Source: an uncultured candidatus Brocadiaceae bacterium (GTDB taxonomy: Bacteria; Planctomycetota; Brocadiia; SM23-32). From it: 33,225 bases of DNA. The notes below the pieces were generated by a model, which saw only the letters and a list, made by a program, of their open reading frames with translations, ran no database searches and was not told the origin of the DNA. Each line of letters opens with the position of its first letter. The first letter of the stretch is position 1. A program made the position numbers and the translations under genes. The stretch is taken from assembly GCA_964442595.1 (NCBI GenBank), contig CAYUDW010000012.1, forward strand, positions 1-33,225. The letters run 5' to 3'. Shown piece by piece: positions 21,359 through 30,509 of this stretch.

Positions 21359-22708
21359 TCACGCGCCCAGCGTTTCCACCTTCTGGGCGACGTCCCTGAA
21401 ACCGATGTCCTGGCTGTATATCTTCTTGTAGAGCGCCAGCGCTTCCGCCGCGTTATCCATCTGTTCGTAAGTCGCCGCCTTCAGGTAGTAAAGGTCCTTG
21501 CCCTCGTCGTCCATCTCGGGGTGGCGTTGGATCGCCCGCTCGAACTGCTCGAGGGCCAGATCAGTCTGCCCCTTGCGGGAGAAGCAGACGCCCAGCATCT
21601 TGCTGCTTTCTTGCTCGTAACGGGCGTCCTGAACCGCGTTCTGAAAGGCGGATATGGCGTCGTTGTACTGGCCGGCCTCGAAATAAGCGTTCCCGAGCTT
21701 CAGGCGCAGCTCGCGGTCCGTGGGGTGCTGCGAGACGCGCCAGCCATACTCCCGAATGCCGAACTCCGTGCGGCGCTTCTGGAGCTCTTCCAGTTTCTGC
21801 TTTGCCTCGGCGTCTCCGGAATCGGCTCCGGTCCGTTGCTTTGCCTCGGCCTCTCTGAACATGTGCAACTGCACGTCCCCCAGGGCTTCGCGCATCTCAT
21901 AGTTGTCCGGCATCTGCTGGTGTTTCTCGCGCAGGAGCTTGTGTGCCTTGGCCGATTGGCCCGTGTCCACGTACAGCTTGGCGAGATCGAGCATGCGGTT
22001 GACGTTGTCGGGCGCCTCGGCCAGCCGGCTCTCCGCTTCCGTGACCTCCTTGCGCAGGTCGTCCATGCTGACGGCCATCCGGCCGTCGGCCTCCAGCCGG
22101 GCGGCCTCGTCCTTGTCGCGAACCAGATCCATGAAGCTGGTGGCCGTCTCCATCTCGTGTGCTGCTATGTGGTCGCTGGCGGTCAGGTCGCGCACTTCGC
22201 GCTGCAGGTCGCCGTCGGCGGGTTGCAGGTCCGCCAGACGAGTCAAGTATCTCAGGGCCTCCTGGCTCTGCCCCGTCTGTCGCAGCAGATCGCTGAGGAC
22301 CCGCAGCGTGCGCTTCGACTTTGGTTTGAACGTCAGGCCGTCCTTGTACATCTGGACGGCCTGCGAGTTGAGGCCGGCCTTGCGAGCTGCGTCCCCAGCC
22401 TTCGACAGCGCCCAGAAGCTGTTGGGGCGGCGCTCCAGGTAGTCCTCATAGACCTCGAGTTTCTTCCTGGGGCCAGCCACCAGTGCCTGGGCGGTGGTCA
22501 CGAGTCGCCGCGGCAGGACGCCCAGCAGGGCCAACGGCGATCTGCCCTTCTGTTCCAACTGGCGCCGCTCGGCCCCCCGCAGGACGATTCGGGCGTCCGG
22601 GTAGTCGGGTTGCTGTCGCAACACCTCCCGGATCAGCCGGATGGCGTAGTCAAACCGCCCCCGCTCGACTGCATCACAGGCTTTCGAGTAGAGATCGTCT
22701 ACGGCCAT
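21359..22708 (-). CDS. tetratricopeptide-repeat (TPR) protein, function unknown
   Basis: 449-aa ORF with repeated 34-residue-like units (for example LGNAYFEAGQYNDAISAFQNAV and AATYEQMDNAAEALALYKKI) and a central charged coiled-coil-like segment. Its stop lies 49 nt upstream of the rpsT start. Confidence 0.75.
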   Translation of the reverse strand: MAVDDLYSKACDAVERGRFDYAIRLIREVLRQQPDYPDARIVLRGAERRQLEQKGRSPLALLGVLPRRLVTTAQALVAGPRKKLEVYEDYLERRPNSFWALSKAGDAARKAGLNSQAVQMYKDGLTFKPKSKRTLRVLSDLLRQTGQSQEALRYLTRLADLQPADGDLQREVRDLTASDHIAAHEMETATSFMDLVRDKDEAARLEADGRMAVSMDDLRKEVTEAESRLAEAPDNVNRMLDLAKLYVDTGQSAKAHKLLREKHQQMPDNYEMREALGDVQLHMFREAEAKQRTGADSGDAEAKQKLEELQKRRTEFGIREYGWRVSQHPTDRELRLKLGNAYFEAGQYNDAISAFQNAVQDARYEQESSKMLGVCFSRKGQTDLALEQFERAIQRHPEMDDEGKDLYYLKAATYEQMDNAAEALALYKKIYSQDIGFRDVAQKVETLGA

Positions 22709-22755
22709 GCCAGTTCCCGCTCACGCACTCCAGGCTAAGAAGGTCAAGGCCCTAT

Positions 22756-22784
22756 AAGGTAGCGAATGCGGCGTTTGCTGTCAA
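22756..22784 (-). promoter_or_regulatory. candidate promoter for the TPR-rpsT unit (TTGACA-17 nt-TACCTT)
   Basis: On the minus strand a consensus -35 TTGACA lies at 22779-22784 and a weak -10 at 22756-22761. Confidence 0.35.
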
Positions 22785-22835
22785 GCAGAGGGCAGCCACG
22801 GCGGGTGGCGGACAAGGTGCGCAGGGGCAATGTCC

Positions 22836-22864
22836 TTGCCCGTGTTGCAGCGTTGGGTTAGAAT
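22836..22864 (+). promoter_or_regulatory. candidate promoter for the plus-strand enzyme cluster (TTGCCC-17 nt-TAGAAT)
   Basis: The -35 lies at 22836-22841 and the -10 at 22859-22864. Two short 5'-UTR hairpins follow (ATCGCCG-ctt-CGGCGAT and GAGCCG..CGGCTC), then GGAGG before the ATG at 22917. Confidence 0.4.
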
Positions 22865-22916
22865 CGCCGCTTCGGCGATCTGGAGCCGTCCTCAGCGGCT
22901 CGGAGGCACGCGGGAC

Positions 22917-23933
22917 ATGCGGTTCATACAGGTAGGCGTCGGGGGATTTGGCAGGACTTGGCCCGCGCGCGTGCAGCGGGACCGAACGGCCTCGCTGGTC
23001 GGCCTGGTCGACGTGGACGAGAAGGCTCTGGGGCGCGCGGCCGAAGCGACGGGCCTGGCGCCGTCCCGCTGTTTTGCGGGCTTCCGGGAGGCCTTCGACG
23101 CGGTGGAGGCCGACGCCGTGCTGAACGTGACGCCTCCGGCGGTGCACCACGAAGTGGCGCTGGCGGCCTTGGAGCGGGGCCTTCACGTACTGAGCGAGAA
23201 GCCCATCGCTGACACCATGGAGCACGGCCGCCAGATGGCGGAGGCGGCCGATCGGGCGGGGCTCACGCTGATGGTGAGCCAGAACTACCGCTTCCGCCCC
23301 TGGGCCAGGACCATGCGCCGACTGGTGCAGAGCGGCCAGTTCGGCCCCCCGGACAACGCGTCGGTCCGATTCGCCAAGTCCCTCCGCTTCGACGGCTCGT
23401 TCCGCTTCAACATGGAGCACCCGTTGGTGCGGGACATGAGCATCCATCACTTCGACCTGATGCGGTGCCTGACCGGGCGGGAGCCGCTCGCGGTGTATGC
23501 CAGGAGCTGGCGGCCGCAGTGGAGCTGGTTCGAGCACGACCCGTGCGTGGCGGCCATCTTCGACTTCGAAGGCGGCCTGCAAGTCGTCTATGAGGGCACC
23601 TGGGTCACCATCGGCCGGCAGACGACCTGGGACGGCTACTGGCGGGTCGAGTGCCCGGAGGCCGTCCTCGAGCTGCGTGCCGACCGCGTGCACGTCATGC
23701 CGGTCGGCCATCCGGAGGAGGACAGCGAGGTGGAGCTCGATGGGCAGGACGCCATGGGCCAGGCGGCGGCGCTTGCGGAGTTTCAGCGGGCCATAGCCGA
23801 AGGCCGCCAGCCGGAGGCCAACGCGCGGGACAACCTGAACAGCCTGGCCATGAGCTTCGCCGTGATGGAGTCGTCCCGGACGGGAGCGCCCGTTCGCATC
23901 AACGATATACTCGAGGCCCGCGGCAAGTCCTGA
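22917..23933 (+). CDS. Gfo/Idh/MocA-family NAD(P)-dependent oxidoreductase
   Basis: Track ORF 22830 trimmed to MRFIQVGVGGFGRTW (ATG at 22917, with GGAGG 10 nt upstream). It has an N-terminal Rossmann GxGxxG and the family EKP motif (VLSEKPIA). Confidence 0.85.
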   Translation: MRFIQVGVGGFGRTWPARVQRDRTASLVGLVDVDEKALGRAAEATGLAPSRCFAGFREAFDAVEADAVLNVTPPAVHHEVALAALERGLHVLSEKPIADTMEHGRQMAEAADRAGLTLMVSQNYRFRPWARTMRRLVQSGQFGPPDNASVRFAKSLRFDGSFRFNMEHPLVRDMSIHHFDLMRCLTGREPLAVYARSWRPQWSWFEHDPCVAAIFDFEGGLQVVYEGTWVTIGRQTTWDGYWRVECPEAVLELRADRVHVMPVGHPEEDSEVELDGQDAMGQAAALAEFQRAIAEGRQPEANARDNLNSLAMSFAVMESSRTGAPVRINDILEARGKS

Positions 23934-23954
23934 GAGCGCGGCAAGCGAGGTGCT

Positions 23955-24968
<1,014 letters not shown>

Positions 24969-25005
24969 GCCGCCCCTCCGGCTGAGCCGGTGCGGCGGGG
25001 GCGGC
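24969..25005 (+). other. nested GC hairpin immediately after the MoxR stop
   Basis: The outer 8-bp helix pairs GCCGCCCC (24969-24976) with GGGGCGGC (24998-25005). It encloses an inner CCGGC-tga-GCCGG hairpin. No U-tract follows. The 8-mer GCCCCTCC occurs on both flanks. Confidence 0.35.
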
Positions 25006-25033
25006 GCCCCTCCTTGCTCGGACATGACGGATC

Positions 25034-25912
25034 ATGAAGCTCCTGACCATCGCTCACGATGGCGCGCCGGCCCCCGGCATCCTGCTCAGAGATCGCGTGC
25101 TGCTGCTCGAAGCCGCCTCGGAAGGGCGGATCAGCGGACCTCTGAGGGGCATCCTGGGGGATGCCGAGAGGATGTCCGCCCTGCGCGAACTGGAGGCGGC
25201 GGCCCTCCGGGATGACGCGTTCGCCGCGCGCTGCTGCGTGCCGTTCCGGACGGAGGAACTGCTCTCGCCTATCCCGCGGCCGGGGAAAGTCCTCTGCCTG
25301 GGGCTGAACTACCGCGATCACGCCGCCGAAAGCGGGCACCGCGTGCCGGACGAACCGGTGGTATTCTCCAAGGCTTCCAGCAGCGTGATAGGCCCGGGCG
25401 CGGCCATCCGGCTGCCAGGGGTCTCCGACCAGGTTGACTACGAGGTGGAGCTGGCCTTCGTCGTGGGGCGCGCTGCCAAGGGCGTCGCGGTGGCTCAGGC
25501 CATGATGCACGTGGCCGGCTACACGGTGCTGAACGACGTGACCGCCCGGGACTACCAGCGCCTCAAGGGAGGCGGGCAGTGGACGCTGGCCAAGTCCTTC
25601 GACACCTTCTGCCCGATCGGCCCGTGGATCGTGACGGCGGACGAGGTCAGCGATCCGCACCGGCTGCATTTGGAATGCGTCGTCAGCGGCCAGACGATGC
25701 AGTCTTCCAGCACCGAGCAGATGATCTTCAGCATTCCCGAGATCATCGAGTACCTGAGCGCGGCCCTGACGCTCGAGCCCGGCGACGTGGTCGGTACCGG
25801 AACGCCGCCGGGCGTGGGATTCGCCCGGACGCCGCCCAGGTTCCTGGCGGCCGGGGACGTGGTGGAGTGCACCGTCGAGAAAGTCGGCACGCTCGTCAAC
25901 CCCGTCGAGTAG
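25034..25912 (+). CDS. fumarylacetoacetate hydrolase (FAH) family protein
   Basis: 292-aa ORF with KVLCLGLNYRDHA, VDYEVELAFVVG, NDVTARD, GKSFDTF-like KSFDTFCPIGP and LEPGDVVGTGTPPGVG. Confidence 0.88.
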   Translation: MKLLTIAHDGAPAPGILLRDRVLLLEAASEGRISGPLRGILGDAERMSALRELEAAALRDDAFAARCCVPFRTEELLSPIPRPGKVLCLGLNYRDHAAESGHRVPDEPVVFSKASSSVIGPGAAIRLPGVSDQVDYEVELAFVVGRAAKGVAVAQAMMHVAGYTVLNDVTARDYQRLKGGGQWTLAKSFDTFCPIGPWIVTADEVSDPHRLHLECVVSGQTMQSSSTEQMIFSIPEIIEYLSAALTLEPGDVVGTGTPPGVGFARTPPRFLAAGDVVECTVEKVGTLVNPVE

Positions 25913-25955
25913 CAGGCCGCGCCGACTTCGCTCCGGAGGTGGGGGAGGACGGATC

Positions 25956-27137
25956 ATGAGTTCCGAACCTCAGACGAATTGCGTCGTGATCGGCGCCGGG
26001 GCGCTCGGCCTCGGGTTCCTGGGGCCGGAGCTCACCGTCGATTGCCACGTGATCTGTCTGGATGTTCCCGCAAAGGCGGATCTGATGGTCCGCCTGGGTG
26101 CAGCAGGGCACTACGTCTTCAACGAGAGCGGCCTGTCCATGCGGCCCGTGCGCGTGCGAGACGTGGACGGGCTCTGCATCGGGGCGGACGAGGGGGCCGT
26201 CCGAGAGGTCCTGGGCGGGGCCGACCTCGTGTTCACGGCCGTTGGCGCGGCGAACCTGCCGAAGCTGGCGCCACTTCTCGCGGCGGCGGCTGCCGAGCGC
26301 TCGCCTGAGCGGCCGCTGCGCGTGCTATGTGCGGAGAACGGCGTCGAGATCGCCCGCAATCTGCGGCAGTCGGTCGAGTCGCAGGCAGGCGCCGAGTTCG
26401 GGGATTGTCTCCTGGTCGGCGATACAGTCATGGCGCGGATGTGCCGAGTGGAGACGGAGCTGTCCGGCGGAGCGCCTGGCATTCGTCCGGTCGCTGCCGG
26501 TCTGGACTGGGGCGTGGTGGCCGAGCCTTTCTTCGGCATTCCGGTCGAGGCGCACGTTGTGGCCGGGCTGAGGCACGTGCCGACCGCCGTCCGTGCCGAT
26601 CTCCCGGACAGGTTCCACGCGGCCGAGGACGTCAAGATGCTGGCACATAACGGCCTGCACATTGCTCTGGCGTGCCTGGGTCATCTGCAGGGGCGGGAGC
26701 TGTTCTGCGAACTGAGGCAGGACGCCGAGGCGCTGGAGTTCGGGCGCCGGCTCCTCATGCAGGAGGCCGTTCCGGCGCTGCTCAGGAAGCACGGGAATGC
26801 AATCGGCCGCAATCAGTTGCTGAACTACTGCGACTCGATCATCAGGCGCGTGACGTGCCCGGTGTTCCGGGACTCGATCGCCCGGGGCGTGCGCGGCCTC
26901 ATGCGCAAGCTTGCGCCGACGGAACGGTTGGTCTACGGCGTTCGCACCGTGGCGGAGCAAGGGATCGAGCCGCTGGCATTCGCGACGGGCCTGGCCGCTG
27001 CGGTCGTTGTGGCCCGGCGAATCGGCGAGACCGAATTGAGTTTCGATGAAGTCCTGGACGTCACTTGCGGCTTCGATGCCGCAGAGGACGGGGAGCTTCT
27101 GGCGCTCATAAGGGAGCAGGGGAAGCAGATCGCGTGA
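25956..27137 (+). CDS. mannitol-dehydrogenase-family (MtlD-like) polyol or polyol-phosphate dehydrogenase
   Basis: 393-aa ORF with GGGGGAGGA upstream of the ATG. It has N-terminal VIGAGALGLGFLG, a CEN segment (LCAENG), KMLAHNGLHIALACLG and a RG.R..MRKLAPTERL block. These align by eye with E. coli MtlD segments (GAGNIGRGF, ACEN, KLFTLNTGHAITAYLG, RVGRQPLRKLSAGDRL). Confidence 0.65.
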   Translation: MSSEPQTNCVVIGAGALGLGFLGPELTVDCHVICLDVPAKADLMVRLGAAGHYVFNESGLSMRPVRVRDVDGLCIGADEGAVREVLGGADLVFTAVGAANLPKLAPLLAAAAAERSPERPLRVLCAENGVEIARNLRQSVESQAGAEFGDCLLVGDTVMARMCRVETELSGGAPGIRPVAAGLDWGVVAEPFFGIPVEAHVVAGLRHVPTAVRADLPDRFHAAEDVKMLAHNGLHIALACLGHLQGRELFCELRQDAEALEFGRRLLMQEAVPALLRKHGNAIGRNQLLNYCDSIIRRVTCPVFRDSIARGVRGLMRKLAPTERLVYGVRTVAEQGIEPLAFATGLAAAVVVARRIGETELSFDEVLDVTCGFDAAEDGELLALIREQGKQIA

Positions 27138-27184
27138 AGAGCGAGGCAAACGTCCTCGCGCGGGCCGAAGTGAGGAGGAAGCAA

Positions 27185-27880
27185 GTGATCGAGGTCGTCG
27201 GGCACCGCGGCGCTGCCGCCATCGAGCCCGAAAACACCCTTCGCGGCTTCCGCCGGGCGCTTGAGCTGGGCGTCGACTCGACGGAGTGCGACGTCCATCT
27301 GAGCCGGGACGGCCGGCTCGTCGTCATTCACGATGACACGGTGGACCGCACGACCGACGGCAGCGGGGAGGTCCGTGCCATGACGTTCGCGCAGGTGCGG
27401 GCGCTCGACGCGGGGCTGGGGGAGCGCGTTCCCACGCTTCGGGAGGTGCTGGCGACCGTCAGCGGAAAGGTCCCGCTCCACGTTGAGCTGAAGGCGCCGG
27501 GCACGGAACAGGCTGCCGTGCAGGCAGTGCAGGAGATGAGGATGGAGGGCGCGGTGATCTTCACTTCCTTCGACCTGCGCAGGCTCCGGCGAGTCAGGCG
27601 GATCGATCCCTCGCTGGAAGTGGGTGCGATCTTCGGCAAGGCGTCCGAGGACTGCTGCACGGGGACGCTCGCGGTCGGCGCGAAGAGCATCTACGTTTAC
27701 CATAAGGAGCTCACACGGGGGCTCGTCGACGAAGCACACGAGCAGGGATTGAGGGTCGGCGGGTGGAACCCGGATTCGGAGCCCGAGTGGCAGGACGTGA
27801 TCGCCCTCGGCGTGGACCTCGTGAGCACGAATCGGCCGGACGGCCTCATCGCGATGCTGGCGCGCGACGGGCTCCGGTGA
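27185..27880 (+). CDS. glycerophosphodiester phosphodiesterase (GDPD) family protein
   Basis: Contains HRGAAAIEPENTLRGF, ECDVHLSRDGRLVVIHDDTVDRTT and later GDPD blocks. I chose the GTG at 27185 because AGGAGG (27173-27178) sits 6 nt upstream and the protein then begins just before the HRG motif. The alternative GTG at 27134 overlaps the upstream stop as GTGA. The track start at 27065 is unlikely. Confidence 0.82.
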   Translation: MIEVVGHRGAAAIEPENTLRGFRRALELGVDSTECDVHLSRDGRLVVIHDDTVDRTTDGSGEVRAMTFAQVRALDAGLGERVPTLREVLATVSGKVPLHVELKAPGTEQAAVQAVQEMRMEGAVIFTSFDLRRLRRVRRIDPSLEVGAIFGKASEDCCTGTLAVGAKSIYVYHKELTRGLVDEAHEQGLRVGGWNPDSEPEWQDVIALGVDLVSTNRPDGLIAMLARDGLR

Positions 27881-27909
27881 CGCAGGGGGGCATTGCCGCC
27901 GCGGCCGCC

Positions 27910-28383
27910 TTAGCTCTTGGCCCGCCGGCGCAAGGCGTTGCGGGCTTCTTCGCGGTGCTGCTCTGCCTCTTTCTTGCGGCGCTTGTCCCACCTTTGCTTG
28001 CGGCGCGCCAGGCCGATCTCCACCTTCGCGTAGCCCTCCTTGAAGTAGACCGACAGCGGCACGAGCGTGTAGCCGCGCTGGGTGCACTGAGAGATCAGGC
28101 GGCCGATCTCCCGGCGATGGAGCAGGAGCTTCCGCGGCCGCTTCGGCTCGTGGTTCAGGATGTTGGCCTGCTCGTAGGGCGGGATGTGCATGTCGAACAG
28201 GTAGATCTCCTGGCCCTTCGGGCGGGCGTAGGCTTGCTCCAGGCTGCAAGCGCCGTTGCGCAGGCTCTTGACCTCGGTGCCCTGGAGCACCATGCCCGCC
28301 TCGCAGGTATCCTCGATCGTGAAGTCGTGCCGGGCCTTGCGGTTGCGGGCGACGATCTTCACGTTGTGTTGTTGTGCAGTCAT
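27910..28383 (-). CDS. smpB: SsrA-binding protein SmpB
   Basis: Track ORF trimmed to MTAQQHNVKIVARNRKARHDF (cat at 28381-28383). GTEVKSLR, the LLLHRREI motif and a basic C-terminal tail are present. Confidence 0.93.
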   Translation of the reverse strand: MTAQQHNVKIVARNRKARHDFTIEDTCEAGMVLQGTEVKSLRNGACSLEQAYARPKGQEIYLFDMHIPPYEQANILNHEPKRPRKLLLHRREIGRLISQCTQRGYTLVPLSVYFKEGYAKVEIGLARRKQRWDKRRKKEAEQHREEARNALRRRAKS

Positions 28384-28417
28384 GGCGAACGCTGCTGGCG
28401 CCGCGGCCCGGAGGCGT

Positions 28418-28855
28418 TCACTCGCGCAGCATCCATGCGAGGGCTTCCTCGACTTGGGCCAGGTCCACGTCTGTGTCCGTGCAGGGCCCGTGCGGGCGAA
28501 CATTGATGATGCCCAGGCCGGGCTTAGGGAAGATGGCTGTGAGGCCTTCCTGGAGCTCTTTCTCGCACGCGATGGCGACCAGGCACTTGACGCTGTCCTG
28601 CTTGGCCAGTTCCAGAGCCAGCCGGCCGCCCGTCGCCACTGCGCAGCGAGTTCCGTACTTCTCGCTCAACTCTATCACGTCCTTGACCTTGCAGTTGCCG
28701 CACCGGCGGCACTCGTTGATGTCCCGGGTGATCTTCTGCGTGCACTGGCTGCTCTGGAGACAGGAGGGCACCAGAATGAGCAGCTCCTCCGGCTTGCAGC
28801 GCGACCGGCGCAGGCGCGTCATCGAGTTGAAGAACTTGATTATGGTTCTGCCCAT
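28418..28855 (-). CDS. DUF116-like cysteine-rich protein (short form without an N-terminal membrane region)
   Basis: Pattern LILVPSCLQSSQC...CRRCGNCKV...ATGGRLA...VAIACEKEL...GPCTDTDV matches my recollection of the DUF116 family. The ATG is at 28853-28855; an alternative GTG lies at 28870. It sits between fmt (16-31 nt upstream) and smpB (34 nt downstream). Confidence 0.65.
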   Translation of the reverse strand: MGRTIIKFFNSMTRLRRSRCKPEELLILVPSCLQSSQCTQKITRDINECRRCGNCKVKDVIELSEKYGTRCAVATGGRLALELAKQDSVKCLVAIACEKELQEGLTAIFPKPGLGIINVRPHGPCTDTDVDLAQVEEALAWMLRE

Positions 28856-28886
28856 CGTCTCTCTCGGCACGAGTTCCGGCGGCCGG

Positions 28887-29846
28887 TCAACAGAAGCGAT
28901 CGCCGGGCCGGATGTCGTGCCCGTGGATGAAGTCGCCCGCGTCCATGGCGCGGCTGCCGGCGGGCCTCAGCCGCCTTATGATGACCGAGCCCTGGCCGGC
29001 GCGCACCGTTATGCCTTGCCCGTCGTCGACGCGGACGACGGTTCCCGGCTCCCATCGGTCGGCCTCTTCGGTTGCGTCGGGACCGGTTCGCACTTCGATC
29101 AACGTGACGCGTTGCGTCCGGTCCTGCGTGCGGAGATCACAACAGGCGCCGGGCCACGGCGTCAGCCCGCGCACCAGGTTCCGTATCCGGTCGGCGGGAA
29201 GCGACCAGTCCACCCGGCCGTCCTTCTTGCTCAGCTTCGGCGCGAAAGGGGCCGGCTCGCCAGACTGCGGCTGGCCCGGGATGTCCTCCCCGGCGTCGAG
29301 GCGACCGACGACGTCCGCCACAGCCTGCGCTCCGACCTCGGCCAGCCGGTCGGCCAGTTCGCCGGCCGTCTCGTGCTCCCCGATCGTGACTTCCCGTTGA
29401 TCCAGTATCGGCCCGGCGTCCATCTTGGGCATCATCCATATGACGCTGACGCCCGTCGTCTCCTCGCCGTTGATGATGGCCCAGTTGATGGGCGCAGCGC
29501 CCCGGTACCGGGGTAGGAGCGACGCATGCAGGTTGATGAATCCGCGCTCCGTTGTCGCCAGCACCTCGGGCCGGACTATCTCTCCGTAGGCGACGACCAC
29601 CGCCAGCTCGGCTTGTCGCGCCTCAAGCTCCGCCACGGCCTCGGGGGCGTTGACGCTCGGTGGCTGGCGAACGTCCAGGCCGAGCCCGAGGGCCGCTTCC
29701 TTGACGGCCGTCGGCGTGGGCTTGCCGCTCCGTCCCCTGCGCTTATCGGGGCGCGTTATGACCGACTTGATCGAATGCCCGGCGGCGTGCAGCGCGTCGA
29801 GGGTCGGCACGGCGAAGGGCGGGGTTCCGAAGAAGAGCAGTTCCAT
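28887..29846 (-). CDS. fmt: methionyl-tRNA formyltransferase
   Basis: Track ORF 28887..30356 trimmed to MELLFFGTPPFAVPTL (cat at 29844-29846). The formyltransferase core INLHASLLPRYRGAAPINWAIINGE and the C-terminal PUA-like domain are present. Confidence 0.95.
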   Translation of the reverse strand: MELLFFGTPPFAVPTLDALHAAGHSIKSVITRPDKRRGRSGKPTPTAVKEAALGLGLDVRQPPSVNAPEAVAELEARQAELAVVVAYGEIVRPEVLATTERGFINLHASLLPRYRGAAPINWAIINGEETTGVSVIWMMPKMDAGPILDQREVTIGEHETAGELADRLAEVGAQAVADVVGRLDAGEDIPGQPQSGEPAPFAPKLSKKDGRVDWSLPADRIRNLVRGLTPWPGACCDLRTQDRTQRVTLIEVRTGPDATEEADRWEPGTVVRVDDGQGITVRAGQGSVIIRRLRPAGSRAMDAGDFIHGHDIRPGDRFC

Positions 29847-29887
29847 GACGAATCGTCCCGATCGAGGGCCGCCGGCTCTCGCGCGCC

Positions 29888-30397
29888 TCAGCCTTGCCCT
29901 GTGGCCGACGCCTCGCGCTCCAGTTCCTTCAGGCGCGCCCGCAGGGGTATGAGGCCCGTCGGCGGGACCTTGTCGATGATGAGCACGCCGTTCAGGTGAT
30001 CCAATTCGTGTTGCCAGGCACAACTGGCCAGATCCTCCGCCTCCATTTCCACGCGCTCCCCCGTCAGCGTGTACGCAACGACGGCGACCTTTGCAGACCG
30101 GGGGACCTTCAGGCGTATGCCCGGCAGGCTCAAGCAGCCCTCTTCCTCCTCCATGTAGCCTTCGCGATGGATGATATGCGGATTGACGAAGATGCGTTTG
30201 CCTGCCCTGGTGCCGTCGGCGTCGACCGTGACGATCCTGCTGGTCCAACCGACCTGGGGCGCGGCCAGGCCCAGACCCTCGACCGCGTACATGAAGTCGA
30301 GCATCTCCTCCGCCCGCCTGACGAATTCGTCGTCCACCTCGCGGACCGCGCGACAACTGCGCCTCAGAACTCGGTCGGGGTAGTACTTAAGCTCCAA
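29888..30397 (-). CDS. def: peptide deformylase
   Basis: The three PDF motifs are present: GLGLAAPQVG, EGCLSLPG and QHELDHLNG. The preferred start is TTG at 30395-30397 (MELKYYPD...), with GGAGGA 7 nt upstream. The track's GTG at 30436 would be essentially leaderless behind a TATAGT box at 30442-30447. Confidence 0.9.
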   Translation of the reverse strand: MELKYYPDRVLRRSCRAVREVDDEFVRRAEEMLDFMYAVEGLGLAAPQVGWTSRIVTVDADGTRAGKRIFVNPHIIHREGYMEEEEGCLSLPGIRLKVPRSAKVAVVAYTLTGERVEMEAEDLASCAWQHELDHLNGVLIIDKVPPTGLIPLRARLKELEREASATGQG

Positions 30398-30509
30398 CCC
30401 GGTCTCCTCCAACCGGACCCACGATGGATGCCCCACGGAACACTATAGACTAGCAGAAACGCGCCTGCCGGGAAAGCAAACGGCGCCCCGCAGACGGCCG
30501 CCGCCGGAC

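Noticed and set aside
25027-25959. Identical about 12-nt string GACGGATCATGA at the start codons of both the FAH gene (about 25027-25038) and the MtlD-like gene (about 25949-25960)
   Set aside because: A single 12-mer coincidence is expected by chance many times over in 33 kb of GC-biased sequence. No further similarity extends on either side.
27881-27909. Possible bidirectional terminator in the 29-nt convergent gap between the GDPD gene and smpB; similarly 21010-21033 between the PfkB gene and rpsT
   Set aside because: Only 3-4 bp palindromic fragments (GGCAttGCC, CCGCGG/GCGGCCGC; CCCG..CGGG) are present and no U/T tract. This is not enough to call a terminator.
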